Shown one piece after another: positions 1-13,819 of a stretch of 64,000 nt of DNA. Every line of letters begins with the position of its first letter. Position 1 is the first letter of the stretch. A program made the position numbers and the translations under genes. Below the pieces are notes generated by a model, which ran no database searches, was not told where the DNA came from, and worked only from the letters and a program-made list of their open reading frames with translations. Source of the stretch: Dictyostelium discoideum (taxonomy: Eukaryota); the NCBI GenBank assembly GCA_000004695.1, contig CM000152.2:480001-544000 (forward strand). The letters are read 5' to 3'.

Positions 1-694
1 GAATGAGTTGAAGTGGATAGCATTGAATTGTTTATTTTAAAAATATTAAATATTGTGTTTCAAATTTTATTATTATTATTACTATAATTATAATTTTTTT
101 ATTTTTAAGATTTAAAAAAAAATGTTTTAAATAGAAATACTATTTATAACATTTTTTTTTTTAATTTTTTTTTTTTTTTTATTTTTAATTTATTCCACCA
201 TTTAAATTTTTTTTTTTTTTTTTCATTTTTCGATATTGAGAATAACACATCCGATGAGTTTAATTTTTTTTTTTTTTTTTTTCATTTTTTTTTTTTTTTT
301 TTTTATTAATTTGGTTGTGTGTTGATTATTGGAATGGGTTACTTATCAAAATGAATGATTGTGATTATTGGAATGTTTTCTTTACGAAATTGATCGAATA
401 TTTCCTAATTCTACTAATCTACAAATTTTAAAAAAAGAAAATAAAAGAAAAAAAAAAGAAAAACAAAAAAAAAAAAAAAAAAAAAAAAACATTATTGTTC
501 ACACACTCCAAACATACCAAAATTGTTATTTATTCAAATATGTATAAAATTTAAATGATAATGTGGGTTAAAAAAAATTGTTTAATATATAAATGTACCC
601 ACACTCAAAAAAAAAAAAAATTTATGTATTTAACCTACCCCATTTCAATTAATAAGGTGCTGCTATATTTATATATATATAATAAAATATTTTC

Positions 695-726
<32 letters not shown>

Positions 727-1046
727 CCCCTGCATTTTGTATAATTGTTTTATTTTTATTAATTTTAATTTCAATTTAAATAATTATTATTTTTAATAAT
801 TTTTTTTTTGTTATTTTTATTTTTTTTTTTTTATTATTTAAAAAAAAAAAAAAAAAAAAAAATTAATTTTAAATTATTGTAGTTAGTTTATCATTATTTT
901 GTTTTATCTTTTTTTTATTTATTTATTCAATAATTGTGTGTGTGTATCTTTATTTCGTACATAATTTCTTTTAATAAATAATTTAAACAACATAAAAAAA
1001 AAAAAAAAAAAAATAATAATAATAATAATTTTAAATAATAATTTTT

Positions 1047-1100
<54 letters not shown>

Positions 1101-1109
1101 ATAATAATA

Positions 1110-2678
1110 ATGAGATTTTTATTATCTCTTTTATCTATAATATTATTATTAAATGGTATTAATGCAATAAATTATAGTGGTAATTATTTAAAACCACTTG
1201 ATTTTAGATGGATTGGTAAATTTTGTTTTGATCAACAAGGCGGTTCAATTCAAGTGACAAGATTCCAATCAACTTCAAACACAACTAAAATTTTATTATA
1301 TTCAGATTCAAATCCACATTATAATGAAATTTTAGATGATTTTGGTAAAAATGAAATATCATGTCAAGAAAAGGTAAACATATTTTTTAATTTTTTTTTT
1401 TAAAAAATATATTAAATTTAAAATTTATCTGAATAATTTATTAATTTTTTTATTTTATTTTTTTATATTTTTTATTTTTTATTTTTTCTTTTTAAAAAAA
1501 ATATTTAATAGATTTTATGGGCAAATTATACTTATATTAACCCAGATAAAGTTGGTGAAATTACAAATTCAAATCGTAATTATAATGTTAAAAAAGTTTC
1601 ACAAAGTCGTGATCGTTTCTGGATAATTACAATGGCTGATTGTGATCAAAAATTCATTGATGATCATAGAATTCCATTTGTATCGACCTATACATTTGAA
1701 GTTCAAAATAGTGGTGATTCATTCGATAGTCAATTATCAGCAGAACAACAATCAATTCCACAAGGTCAAATCTTTTTCTTCCTTTTATATACTGCATTTT
1801 TAATTATATCAATTATCTATTCAGTAGCTTTAAAGAAAAAAGGATTAGAAGGTAAAGCAATTCATTTCTTTATTGCAATTTTATTAATATTTTTAATTTC
1901 ACTTGCACTTTATATTTCAAATTGGGCACATATATTAAAATATCATAAATATGAATTAAGATATTTAAATCTTTTTGGTAATAGTAAGTTTTTTTTTTTT
2001 TATTATAATTTATTATTATTAATTTTTTATATTAATAAATATTTTTTTTATTTATATTTTTTTTATTTTTTTTATTTTTTTTTTTTTTTATAAGTTTTTG
2101 AAATTTTAGGTAATGGTTTATTTGTAGCATTAATTTTAATGATTGGCCAAGGTTGGACTACTTCAATTTATTTTGGATCATTAGTTAAACAAATGATAAA
2201 TATATTAGTTTCAATTGCATTGATTGTTATTGGGTGGGTTGCATATGTTTATTATGTTTATCATTCAAAGGAACAAAATAGTTATATTTATTTCATGGAT
2301 ACTTGTCCAGGTTACTTTTTATTGGCATTATATGTTGTAATCATTGGTTATTTCTGTTGGGCAAATTATGTAAATCGTAACAAACAAAATGAATCAATTA
2401 AAAAGAATTTTATTTTAATTTTTACAATCATCTTTGTATTTTGGTTAATTAGTCATCCATTGGTTGTAATCGTTGCTCATTTCATGGATCCATGGGTTAA
2501 ATATAAAGTCATCGCTTTATTAAATTTAACAATCAATGCAATCTTTTTCATCATTCTCTTAATAATTTTCCGTCCATCTCATAATAATATGATTGTTAAA
2601 ATTTTACAATCTGATGATAAATCAAATGATATGAAAGAAATTATTGAAAATGAAAAATCATATAATGGTGCAGATTAA
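1110..2678 (+). CDS. Signal-peptide + 7TM membrane protein, LUSTR (GPR107/GPR108, lung seven-transmembrane receptor)-like; 3 exons, ~434 aa
   Basis: join(1110..1373,1512..1983,2110..2678). Exon 1 ends CAAGAAAAG|GTAAAC; acceptor TTTAATAG|ATT at 1512; donor AAT A|GTAAGT at 1984; acceptor TTTTAG|GT at 2110. The phases link the ORF-track pieces at 1110, 1632 and 2139 into one frame. N-terminal signal peptide MRFLLSLLSIILLLNGINA, then a ~150-aa luminal domain and seven hydrophobic helices. The architecture and motifs resemble the paralog at 29789-31581. Confidence 0.55.
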
Positions 2679-2680
2679 GA

Positions 2681-2718
<38 letters not shown>

Positions 2719-2758
2719 ATAAAAAATTTATAAAATAAATAAAATAAAATATAATATC

Positions 2759-2795
<37 letters not shown>

Positions 2796-2822
2796 TGAAA
2801 TAAATAAAATGTTTTCCCAAGT

Positions 2823-2873
<51 letters not shown>

Positions 2874-3939
2874 AAAAATAAAATAAATAAATATTAAAAA
2901 TAATAATAAATATAATAATTAATTCCATTCATTTATTTTTTAAAGAAAAATTAATTAAAAATAATAATTAAAAATTCTTAAATGTGAATAATTAAAAGAA
3001 TTTTAAAAAAATCATAATTATTTTTTTATTTTTTTTATTTATTTAATTATTATTTATTTATTTTATTTATTTTCTTTTTAAAAATTTGCTATGTTTTAAA
3101 TTTGTAATATATAACGCAATAATATATGGCTTACAATAGATGGTTTGGTTATATTAGTTTTTTCACAATTGTGTTAGGGTAGAATAAAAAAACGATTAAA
3201 GAACCCCTCTAACCCTCTCCATAGAATTTTAAAAAAAGTTTAAACAACCTCCTTTATTTAACCCTAAATTTAATACGAGGTTTCGTGTTTTTTATCTTTT
3301 TTTCACTTTTTTTTTGTTTTTTCAAACACAAATATCACCCCCCACTCTCGCGCCCACACTCTAGAATGTGGAAAATTAAATTAATAAAATTATCAAAACA
3401 ACAACTACAACAATAAAATACAAAAAAAAAAAAAATACATATATACATATATATAATATAAAAAATATAAAGAGGGGGAAAATTTTGAAAGGACATTGCC
3501 ACTAAAAATGGAAATTCAAATAAATATATAGGGTTTTCAAGAAATTTAAATACAATAAAAAAAAATAAAAAATAAAAAAAAAAGTACAATATCCTAATTA
3601 TTTCATAAAATAGATAAAATCAACAACACCACCACCAACCGCCATAAATTTCAATCACATGTAATCTTGGTTTTTATGATTTATTTTATAATTTATTTTA
3701 TTTTTAATTTAATTATTTTTTTTTTTTTTTTTTTTTTAAAACTATTTTTAACACATTTGTGTGTGGTGCCACCAATAATGAGAGAATAGTGTGGTGGTTT
3801 AAAAAAAAAAAAATTCTTTAAATCAATTTATAAAATTAACAAAGGCAAAATAAATTTATTTTTTTTTATTGTTCAGTAAATTAAAAAAATACATAAAACA
3901 TTCTATTTTTATTTAAATATTAATATTTATACTTTTCCG

Positions 3940-3970
<31 letters not shown>

Positions 3971-4146
3971 CTAATAAAAAAAAGGAATAAAAAAAAAAAA
4001 AAAACCAACAACAAAACATTTTAAAATATTTATAGATTTTTTTTTAATTATAAAGATACTAAAAAAAAAAAAAAAAAAAAAAAAAAAATAACCCTATATA
4101 CATATTTATATATATTAAGATATATTAATATATTTATTTTTTAAAA

Positions 4147-4273
4147 ATGAAAATTACAAATTGTAAAATTGGATCGATAACTTATTTATTTATTATTTTT
4201 TTATTTTTATTATATAGTACAAATGGTAATTATAGAATTTGAAAAAAAAAAAAAAAGAAAAAAATCTAATTTC

Positions 4274-4318
<45 letters not shown>

Positions 4319-7300
4319 AAAAATCTATTTTTTTTTTTTTTTTTTAAAATTTAATTTAATTTTTAGCGATTAATGTTAGATCAAGTAAATCAATTAAAAA
4401 AGATGTAAATATTTTAGGAGTAGATTTATCATATTCATTATTAGAGATAGAATTTGATGATGAATTTTTTACATATGATTCATTAGCATGTCCAAATTTT
4501 ACATGTGAATCAACTACTGCTATCGATTGTTCTTGTGACTATTCGAATATTGAAGATTGTCCAAAAGTTAAGGGTAGGGATAAGTCATGTCCACCATGTC
4601 CAGAAACATTTTTAGAACAAATTACAGAAGGACCTAATGGATACTTAGGAGGTGCATTTTGTAATCGGACTGTCTGGATCAACGGTACTAAATTTGAGCC
4701 ATTGTCAAAGAATTGGACAGTGATCGAATTAGATAAACAATACTCATACACTACGAATAAAGTCATGCAATTTAGGATAAAAGCAGACACAAAATCATGT
4801 ATGGGTATGATGCTAAAAGTATCACCAACTCAAAACTACCCAATCTCTGCATTTGGCTCAGTACCATCTTTCGAAATGGCAAGATTCGTCTCTGGCTCAA
4901 AACTTGAAACTAATGCAGTCTACAATATATGTCCATCCGATAATTGGAATAGAACTCAACATTATACATACACTAAAAGTTGGACAAGAGACACCTATTT
5001 CATAATGATCGATCCACAATCAGTCCTATCAACTTTTTCTTTAATTCTAAGATCAAAAAAAGTTGAACCTTTATTATTATCACCATCATCATCACCATCA
5101 TCATCATCATCATCAAATAATAATGATGATAATAATACTTTACAAAAAACTTGTAAATCAATGTATCCTTCAACTCATAGATGTATAAATTTAGGTGAAA
5201 ATACGTTTGGTGTAACAACAAATGAAAATCAAAGAAATTATTATACACTTTCAATCGATCAACCTTCAATTTATTTCTTTCAATTTCCATCATTATTTTT
5301 AACAACTTCAATATTTATTTCAGATTCTTTATTAAATTTATATCCAAATGAATCAACTTCACAATGGTTTAAAAAAGATTCTTGTAATGTATTATAATTA
5401 TTATTTTAATATTTTTAAAAAAAAACCAACAACCACAATATATTAATATGTATATTTATATTTATATTTAGATGAAAATTATTTTACACTTTATTTAGAA
5501 CCAAAAAATAATAAAAGTGATTTAATAATTTATATTGGTGTATTTAGTTATTTACCAACAAATTATTCATTTTGTGTTACTAGAAATGGATTTATGTTTC
5601 CAAATTTACTTTCAGAAATGTCAATACAACAAGGTGCATTCTCATTAGCTTCGACGAGTATATTCTTACCAATTGGTAAGAATATGAATGATAGTGATTA
5701 TTTTTATACATGTAATAGTCAAGCAGAGTGTAACCCATTTTCAATATTATACCCAACAATTGATATTAATCCGCTTTGGCCAGTGCCACCAGTACTTTAT
5801 GGTGTTGAAGATTTTGATTTTAAAAGTGTTTTATATACAAGTGAGGGTTATCATGGATTTGGTATTATAAATTCGAAATTTAAATTAAGATCTTACCAAG
5901 TTGCAATACTATTAAAATATGATAATGGTAAAGGTGATAGAAAGGAGTATATCTCTTATGATGAGGTGTTGCAATCGTCAATTCAATTTCTTTCTACTTT
6001 AACCGACTCTAGAGGAAAGTTAATTGATTTTAAAGTTACAGGATTCCAAGATGTTACAAATATAACTTGTAATCATACTGAATTTAAAAGAGTGTTGGAT
6101 TTAGTGGACCATCAAAGTTCTTTGATTTTAAATAGTCTTGTTTCTCCATCATTGAATGAATTAAATAATTGGAGATATGAATTGGGCGTGTTAATGTTGA
6201 ATGACGCTTGGATTGGGTGCAGTAGTAAGGTAAAGGATATGTTGGATATTAGATTAGTTACAAAGAATATTTCATCCTATTTCTGTCCTTGGCAAGTGGG
6301 TGATATTGAATTCTCAACTGATCCATGTTGCAATTCAACTCATCAATATTATCGTTGTTGTAACCCGAGATATGTTGAAACTCAGGTATACGAATTCCAT
6401 GGTATTATCAATGACGTGGCACAGAATCAATGTAATTCAGACTCACTCGATTGTTCATTATCAGTGCTTGAAGAGTATGGCAATTATCTAACTACTGACG
6501 ACCAACTATGCGGCGATCCTTCCACCACATCCACCGAAATCCAATACTCGCTCTACTACTCCCTAAGAAATTGCAAAGACATCACATTGATACCACCATA
6601 TTGTAAGAATGATTCAGAGTGTACCCAATTCTCACCAAATGGGAGATGTGACCTTTTCACAAGGAAATGCTTCTTGGATTATGAAATATTGGATAGAATG
6701 TATGTTGATTGCATATTTCAAGAATTATCACCTGCAACTCTATTCTCATTTGTTTCATCAACTACTTTTAATAGTACAACAATTGATAATAAATATAAAC
6801 AACATTTCACTGATGATTGTGTTGGTTCAAAAGGTAGTAGTTTTCCAATTCGTACAACTTATGCCTATGCAACCAATGATCCATATGTTGGTATAATACC
6901 AGCTACAAATTGTCTTGACAAATCTTGTAAAACCATTTACAATTCATTATTTGATATTTATTATTCAGGTTGGACTTTTACAAGAGAATGGAGAGTTAAT
7001 GAAAATACTTGTTCAGATTTTGTAACATGTCCACAAATTAATTGTCAATCAACATTAAATCAAAATTTAAATTGTAAATATTTATGTGATCAACAAGATT
7101 CTTTAGATTTTTGTGGTTATTGTAGTAGTAGTAGTAGTGGTAGTATTGATAACACTACCACTACCAATAGTACATGTTTTAACTTTTTAGAATTAAATAA
7201 TTCAATATCATGCGAAAATAGTGATCCAATTTGTATATTATCAAATGGTGATTATTTATATAATCTTAGTAAAGAAGAATGTGAATTATCATCATCAATT

Positions 7301-9925
7301 GGTAGTTGTACTCATTCATGTGGATTCGAATGTATTGGTGTTAGTAGACTTTGTATATTTGGTGACTCTAATAAAACAACTTGTGAAAATAATGGTTACC
7401 TTTGGAATGGTGTTGATGGATATTGTGTTGATTTATCATCAACTACTGAAGAGCAATGTTATGGTAATTATAATGCATCTTCTTCTTCCTCATCCTCTTC
7501 TCCCTCTTCTGATAGTCGTCCACTTTGGGTAGATTGTCCAAATAGATCAACAGATCTATGTAGTGATGGTTTCTTTTGTGATCTTAAAGAGGTACCATGT
7601 AAAACTAAAGAACAATGTGAATCAATTGGTGGTGAATGTTCAGATATATTTTTCTTTAAACCAGAGAATGTTCAATATTATCCATTTGGATTTGGTAAAT
7701 GTGTTACAAATCATACATTCCTTCAAAGAGATAATTCAAAGACAGTATCTTGTCCAAATGGTCAAGTTGATTCACCAAATGGTTGTTTCTATCAATCACC
7801 GGTTTATAAAACAAAAGCTCAATGTTTAGATACACCAGGTAATAGATGGTGGACACCTTCAGATAATAGATCACAATGTCTATCGAATGAAAATCAAGGT
7901 TGTAGAATAATGGATGTGGATTCATTTGCAAATTTACCATTTAATTTCAAATTCAATGAAATGGATCAACATCAATGTGAAGGTTGTAGACAACTTTTAC
8001 CAAGTTCCTCCAAATGGACTGATAAATTCAAATGGACAAATGCAACTTGGTTACCTGGTATTCATATTGATAAACCAAAATGGTATAGAAATTTAACTTC
8101 AACCCCTCGTGTATTTAAATCAACATTTAACTATCAAAGTTTTTATCTAGATTTAGTTGATGCAGTTGGAAGACAAACTGCTGATTTCTATAGATCTCAA
8201 ACATTTTGTAAAAAAGAAAAGAATCAAAATAGTTTAAATTCATTAGTTTGTAGTTGTTCAGGTGATGCTGGTGGTGGTATAACAAATAATTGTTTTAATT
8301 CGTCAACTCCATTATTAGGTTTAACAAATCAATGTAATGGTGAATCATCTATATTAGGATTTGCAAATGGGTTTGTAAATTTAACTGATAATTCAGTATT
8401 ACCAGGTTGCCAAATTATAACCATTTCTTTAGTTTCAAAATCAATATTCACTTCAACAGTACCTGAATCATTGGCATCAAGTTTCGTATCCTATAATAAA
8501 CCTGATAACTATGGTGTAATCAATTCAAATGGTGCAATCATTGGTACACTATTAATGGATGGTATAATGATTAAATCTGAACAAAACATTCAATTGATGG
8601 TGGTATGTTTTGATATTACCAATATTGCACAGAGTGATAAATATCCATCTTTTGATTTCGCCACAAATTACAATAGTACAAGTGCAATGGGTTCCTTATA
8701 TCCAATGACTGTTGAAACTTATTTAGTCAAAGATCCCGATGGTATCACTTATATGTGTTCAAATCTATCAAATGTTCAACCGGAAACCATCATCTTTATG
8801 ATCAATATAATGGGTGGTGATTGGATGGATCAATCAAAAGAATTATTCGATTCAACTACAAAATCACTTTTATATTTCTTGGCTGTCCTATTCTTATTAA
8901 TTGGTTGTTTTGGTTGCTATCAAATAATTTTAATAATTTTCATTGGTTATAGATCGAAAAGTGGTAATAATATTAATAATACTAGTAGTGGTAGTGTTGG
9001 TGGTGGCGGTGGTGGTGGTATCGGTGGTGATCATCAAGTTCAAATAACTCATATTTTAACTGGACTAATAACATTGTTTATTATGTTAAGATCAATTTAT
9101 TTCTTTGTTATGCCAGGTGGCTATCTTTCATCTAGTCCCGTTGCAGATTATATTTTAGTGGTTTTACCAACATTTATTTATTTCTCAGCTTTTATAGTTA
9201 TGATAGTGATTTGGTATATCATTGTATTCATGGTGTTAAAGAATTATTCAATGGCAGGCTCAAGAACTAAAAGACTCTATACTATTGTTTTCGGTGTAAA
9301 TGTAGTGCTATATATACTTTTCATCATTGTAGTACTAGTATTCCAATATACTCATTATTCACCAAACAATTATTGTGGCGCAAGAGTTGTTGTGCAAATG
9401 AAAAATTCCAAACCCCAAATTATAGTCTCCATTCTTTACGCTGTAATTCAAGCTATCCTTTCACTTGTACTAGGTTCATCATTTGCATACCTCGGTTCTT
9501 CTTTATATTTAACTTTAAAAAAGGCTAATTTCTCTTCACTTAAAGCTTCTAGAAGCTCACAAAAATCAATTAGAATTTTCATTTTAACAGTGGTTTGTAG
9601 TATTGGTTTCTTATTACATTGGGTTTTTATATTAATTTTGGTAAGCTCAGAAATCAATTCAATAGCTTTCACTTTTGTTGGTTTATTATTAACTGAAATT
9701 TTACCAGCTGCCTCAATATTGTATTGTTTTCAAACAAGAAATAATCAAAATAATGAAACAACTCTCAATAGTGGTAAAAATTTCCCACTCTCTTCTCTTG
9801 GTTCAACAAAAACTAAAAAATTAAAAACAAAATCACCAAATTTACCAATTATTAATTATAACTCTAATAGTGTACCACCTTCTCCAATTATAGAACCAAC
9901 TAATAATAATAATAATAATAATAAC

Positions 9926-9959
<34 letters not shown>

Positions 9960-10075
9960 GTAATAATATTAATAATGATAATGATAACAATAATAATCAA
10001 CAAAATTCATTATCTATGGGTGTAAATCAAGAAAGAAATAATATTAATTCAAGTAATGAAATAAATAATATTTAA
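4147..10075 (+). CDS. Very large (~1899 aa) secreted/Cys-rich ectodomain protein with C-terminal seven-transmembrane region (adhesion-receptor-like architecture); 3 exons
   Basis: join(4147..4225,4367..5383,5472..10075). Exon 1 encodes the signal peptide MKITNCKIGSITYLFIIFLFLLYSTN and ends AATG|GTAATT; acceptor TTTTAG|CG at 4367. Exon 2 is in frame with ORF 4702..5397 and ends TCT T|GTAATG; acceptor TATTTAG|AT at 5472 restores the frame of the 1493-aa ORF 5594..10075. The ectodomain has >100 Cys and many N-x-S/T sites. Seven hydrophobic helices lie between aa ~1170-1400 of the big ORF (LLYFLAVLFLLIGCF ... ILPAASILYCF), followed by an Asn-rich cytosolic tail. Confidence 0.6.
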
Positions 10076-10532
10076 ATTTTAATATTCTCTTTTTTTTTAT
10101 ACCTATATATTTTAAAAAAATAAAAAATATTTGAATAAACAAAAAAAGTATAAGAAAAAAAAAAAAAAATGATTTATTTATTTTTTAATTTGTTAAGTTT
10201 ATTTTAATCCCCATATATTTAATTATGATTATATATTTAATTTTAATTCATATTAATTTAATGTAAAAGTAAGAAAAAAAAAAAAATAAAATAAAAAAAA
10301 AAAAATTAAATTTTCAAAAAGATAATCTTTATAATAATAATATAGAAATTTTAAATTTTTATATATCTTTTTTTTTTTTCACATAATTATATAATTTATT
10401 TTTTCAAGATTAATGTTAAGAAAAAAAAATAGTAATTAAAAATATATTGTAATTTAGGTTAGGTTAATATTATTTTAATTTTATTTTTTTAATTTTATTT
10501 ATTTTGATTTTATTTTTAAATAATTATTTCTC

Positions 10533-10567
<35 letters not shown>

Positions 10568-11536
10568 CTTTAGAACAAAATCTGGATTCAATGAGATACA
10601 CTATGAGCAATACTTGTATTAATTGGTGTATTGTTGTAAGGAGTAACTGCCTTATTGAAACAGTTTAAATTACAACATCAGAAAATAACAAAGATATATA
10701 TTGTTGCCACACATGTAAGTGGGTAACATTTATATATATGACACAATAAATTTAAATGTAACCCACAGTTATAGTGTGGTAAAAATGTTTTTAAAGTGGG
10801 TTTTTAGTTGATTTTTCTATTTTGATAGGTTTTCTACTATATATAATTATTATGTTTACATATAGCACTATAATGAGAATGGGATCACTTGTAGGTATAT
10901 TTAAATCAAATGATTTAAATAAATATATAACGAATTAATTGTTGATGTTTTATTATGATATGTGTTTAAATTTACACATAAAAAAAAAAAAAAAAAAAAA
11001 AACAAAAACAAAAAACAAAAATTAACAATGACTAAAATTGGTTTATTTTTAACTTTTTTTAAAAACAGTTTTGGGTTGATCATCATTTTTTATTTATTTA
11101 TTTAATTTTTTGTTTGTTTTGTTTTTTTTTTTTTTTTTTTTTTAATATTTTTTTATTGTTTTATTTCCTTTTTTTTTTTATTTGTAATAATTTTTTATTA
11201 TTATTTTTATGGGGGTGTTTTGATTTAGATTTTCAAAGTAATATAAATAAAAAAATATATTTAATATAAAAAAAAAATTATAAATTAAAAAAAAAAATCT
11301 ATTTATATAGTTCAATAATTTTATTACATAATTGTAAATCGAAAGAATAAAATAAAGTAAAATAAAAAAATATAAATTGAAAAAAAAAGAAAAAAAAGTA
11401 ATTTTAACAATTAAATATTAAAATAAATAAAAAAGATATTATAAATAAAAAAAAAAAAATAAAAAAAAAAAAAAATAAAAAAAAAAAAAAAAAAAAACTA
11501 TCATTAAAAAAATATAAAATGAACCATAGAGAATTA

Positions 11537-12319
11537 AATGTTTGTTTTTTGGGTAAGAATTTCTCCTCAAACTTAAAATTATTTATTATTATTTTCGTTG
11601 TAAATTTACATTTTTTTTCAAAAATTAACATTGTTTTTTATTTTCATTTAAAAAATAAATAGGAAATTCTGAAGTTGGTAAATCATGTATAATTGATTCC
11701 AAGATAAATGAATATCTTCCAACTATTGAAAATAGAAGTAAAAAAATGATGCAAATAAATAATAAATTTTTCGACTTTAATATTTTTGATACTGGTTTGT
11801 ATTTTTTTTTTTTTTTTAATTTTAAAAAAAATAATAATAAAAGAAATATATTTTATTAACAATTTTATTTTATTTTTTTATATTTTTTTTTATATTTTAA
11901 TTTAGCTGGTGCAAAAGAATTAAATTATTTAATTAAAAATTCAATTAAACAATGTGATTTATTTGTTATTGTTTGCTCATTAACTGATGACAAATCCATT
12001 GATAGTATTCAATATTATATAGAATTAATTCAAAATGGGTTAAATAGAAAGCATGATATTCCAATGGTAATTGTTGCAAATAAATTAGACATTTTGGGTG
12101 GTTTAGAAAATCCAATGGTAAAAAATCAAATAAAAAAAATAAATAAAAAATATAAAAACTCTCATTGTATTTTATCTTCGTCGAAAAATAATGAAAATTT
12201 AAATAATATATTAAAATCATTAATTAAACAAGTTAATCAAATTGAAAAAAATAGAAAACAATTATTAAATCATCAATCTTCTCCATTAAGAAATTTAAAA
12301 ATTTTTAAAAATATAAGAC

Positions 12320-12327
<8 letters not shown>
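11537..12327 (+). CDS. Ras-superfamily small GTPase, 3 exons, ~189 aa
   Basis: join(11537..11552,11663..11794,11906..12327). G1 box FWGNSEVGKS spans intron 1 (donor G|GTAAGA, acceptor AAATAG|GA). G3 box DTAG spans intron 2 (ACT G|GTTTGT ... TTTAG|CT). G4 is NKLD. The frame is consistent with ORF 12064..12327. The start could instead lie in an unrecognised upstream exon. Confidence 0.5.
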
Positions 12328-12358
<31 letters not shown>

Positions 12359-12455
12359 ATAATACTATTATTATTTATAAAATAAAAATTCAATTATTTA
12401 TTTATTTATTTATTTATAAAATACATTATTTTATTATTTATTAAAATTATTAGTT

Positions 12456-12506
<51 letters not shown>

Positions 12507-12708
12507 TATTATTGTTATTGTTATTAATATTATTATACGGTGAATGCGTTTTTTTTTTTTTTTTTTTTTTTTAAATAAAAAAAAATTTAAAAAAGAAGAA
12601 ATTTAAAAAATATATATATAAATGTGTGTGTATTATTATTTTTGATTTGTTTAATATATGATTTTTTTAAAAATTTTAAATAATATTTTTGCTATATTTT
12701 TTAAAATT

Positions 12709-13605
12709 TTAAAAATAAAAATGTACAGAGTATGGATTATTTGAAGAATTTGAAAGACCCCAATATCCAGTGCAATTGAAAACTTTATACCCATTTTCAA
12801 ATAGTGTGGGATAATGAGATAAGGTCATTCCGGCAATGTGTCTCCAATTTGATTGTTTTTCTTTAAAACATATTTTATCCCAATGAGATTCGATGAAAGA
12901 AAATATATCTTTATCCAATCTAAAGAATCTTTTACCAGTATTTGATCTTTTACACTTTAAAGTTTCATCATTTAATGATTCTAATTTTTCAAAGGTTGCA
13001 TTTAAACTATAAAGTGCAACATATATAATATGAGACCTATATATAAATATAATAAAAAAAAAATAATATTAATATTTATATTTTTAAAATATTAAAATAG
13101 AAAAATAAAGAAATAAAAATAAAAATAAAAATAAAAACTTACCAAATAGGTTTTTGATTTTCAAATGATGGTGGAATACCTTTTTCACATACCATACAAT
13201 ATGGAATATTACAAAGCTCTTCACGATATAGACTAACATGACTATTACTACTATTAACATAAATGACACCTTTTTCAGATGTTTTCATATAATTTAAATT
13301 TGATTCAGATAATTTAATATATTTTGATTTATTATTATTATTAATATTATTATTATTATTATTATTAATATTATTCTTTTTTATATATTCTTTTTTCTTT
13401 TTTACAATACAATTATATTTATTCTCTTCAGTATTATTTTTACTCTTTTTAATTTTTATTTGTTTATTTTCATTTTTATCATCATTATTATTTTGATTAT
13501 TAATATTATTTTGATTAATATTATTTTGATTATTATTAAAATTATTTTGACTATTATTACAATTATTATTTTTTTTAATATTATATTCATTAATATCATT
13601 GACAA

Positions 13606-13690
<85 letters not shown>

Positions 13691-13733
13691 ATTATTATTA
13701 TTACTATTATTATTATTGTTGTTGTTGTTGTTT

Positions 13734-13819
<86 letters not shown>

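Noticed and set aside
555-779. 74-aa ORF in the 5' AT desert
   Set aside because: Composed of poly-K/poly-F/low-complexity codons from A- and T-runs, with no plausible domain or splice context.
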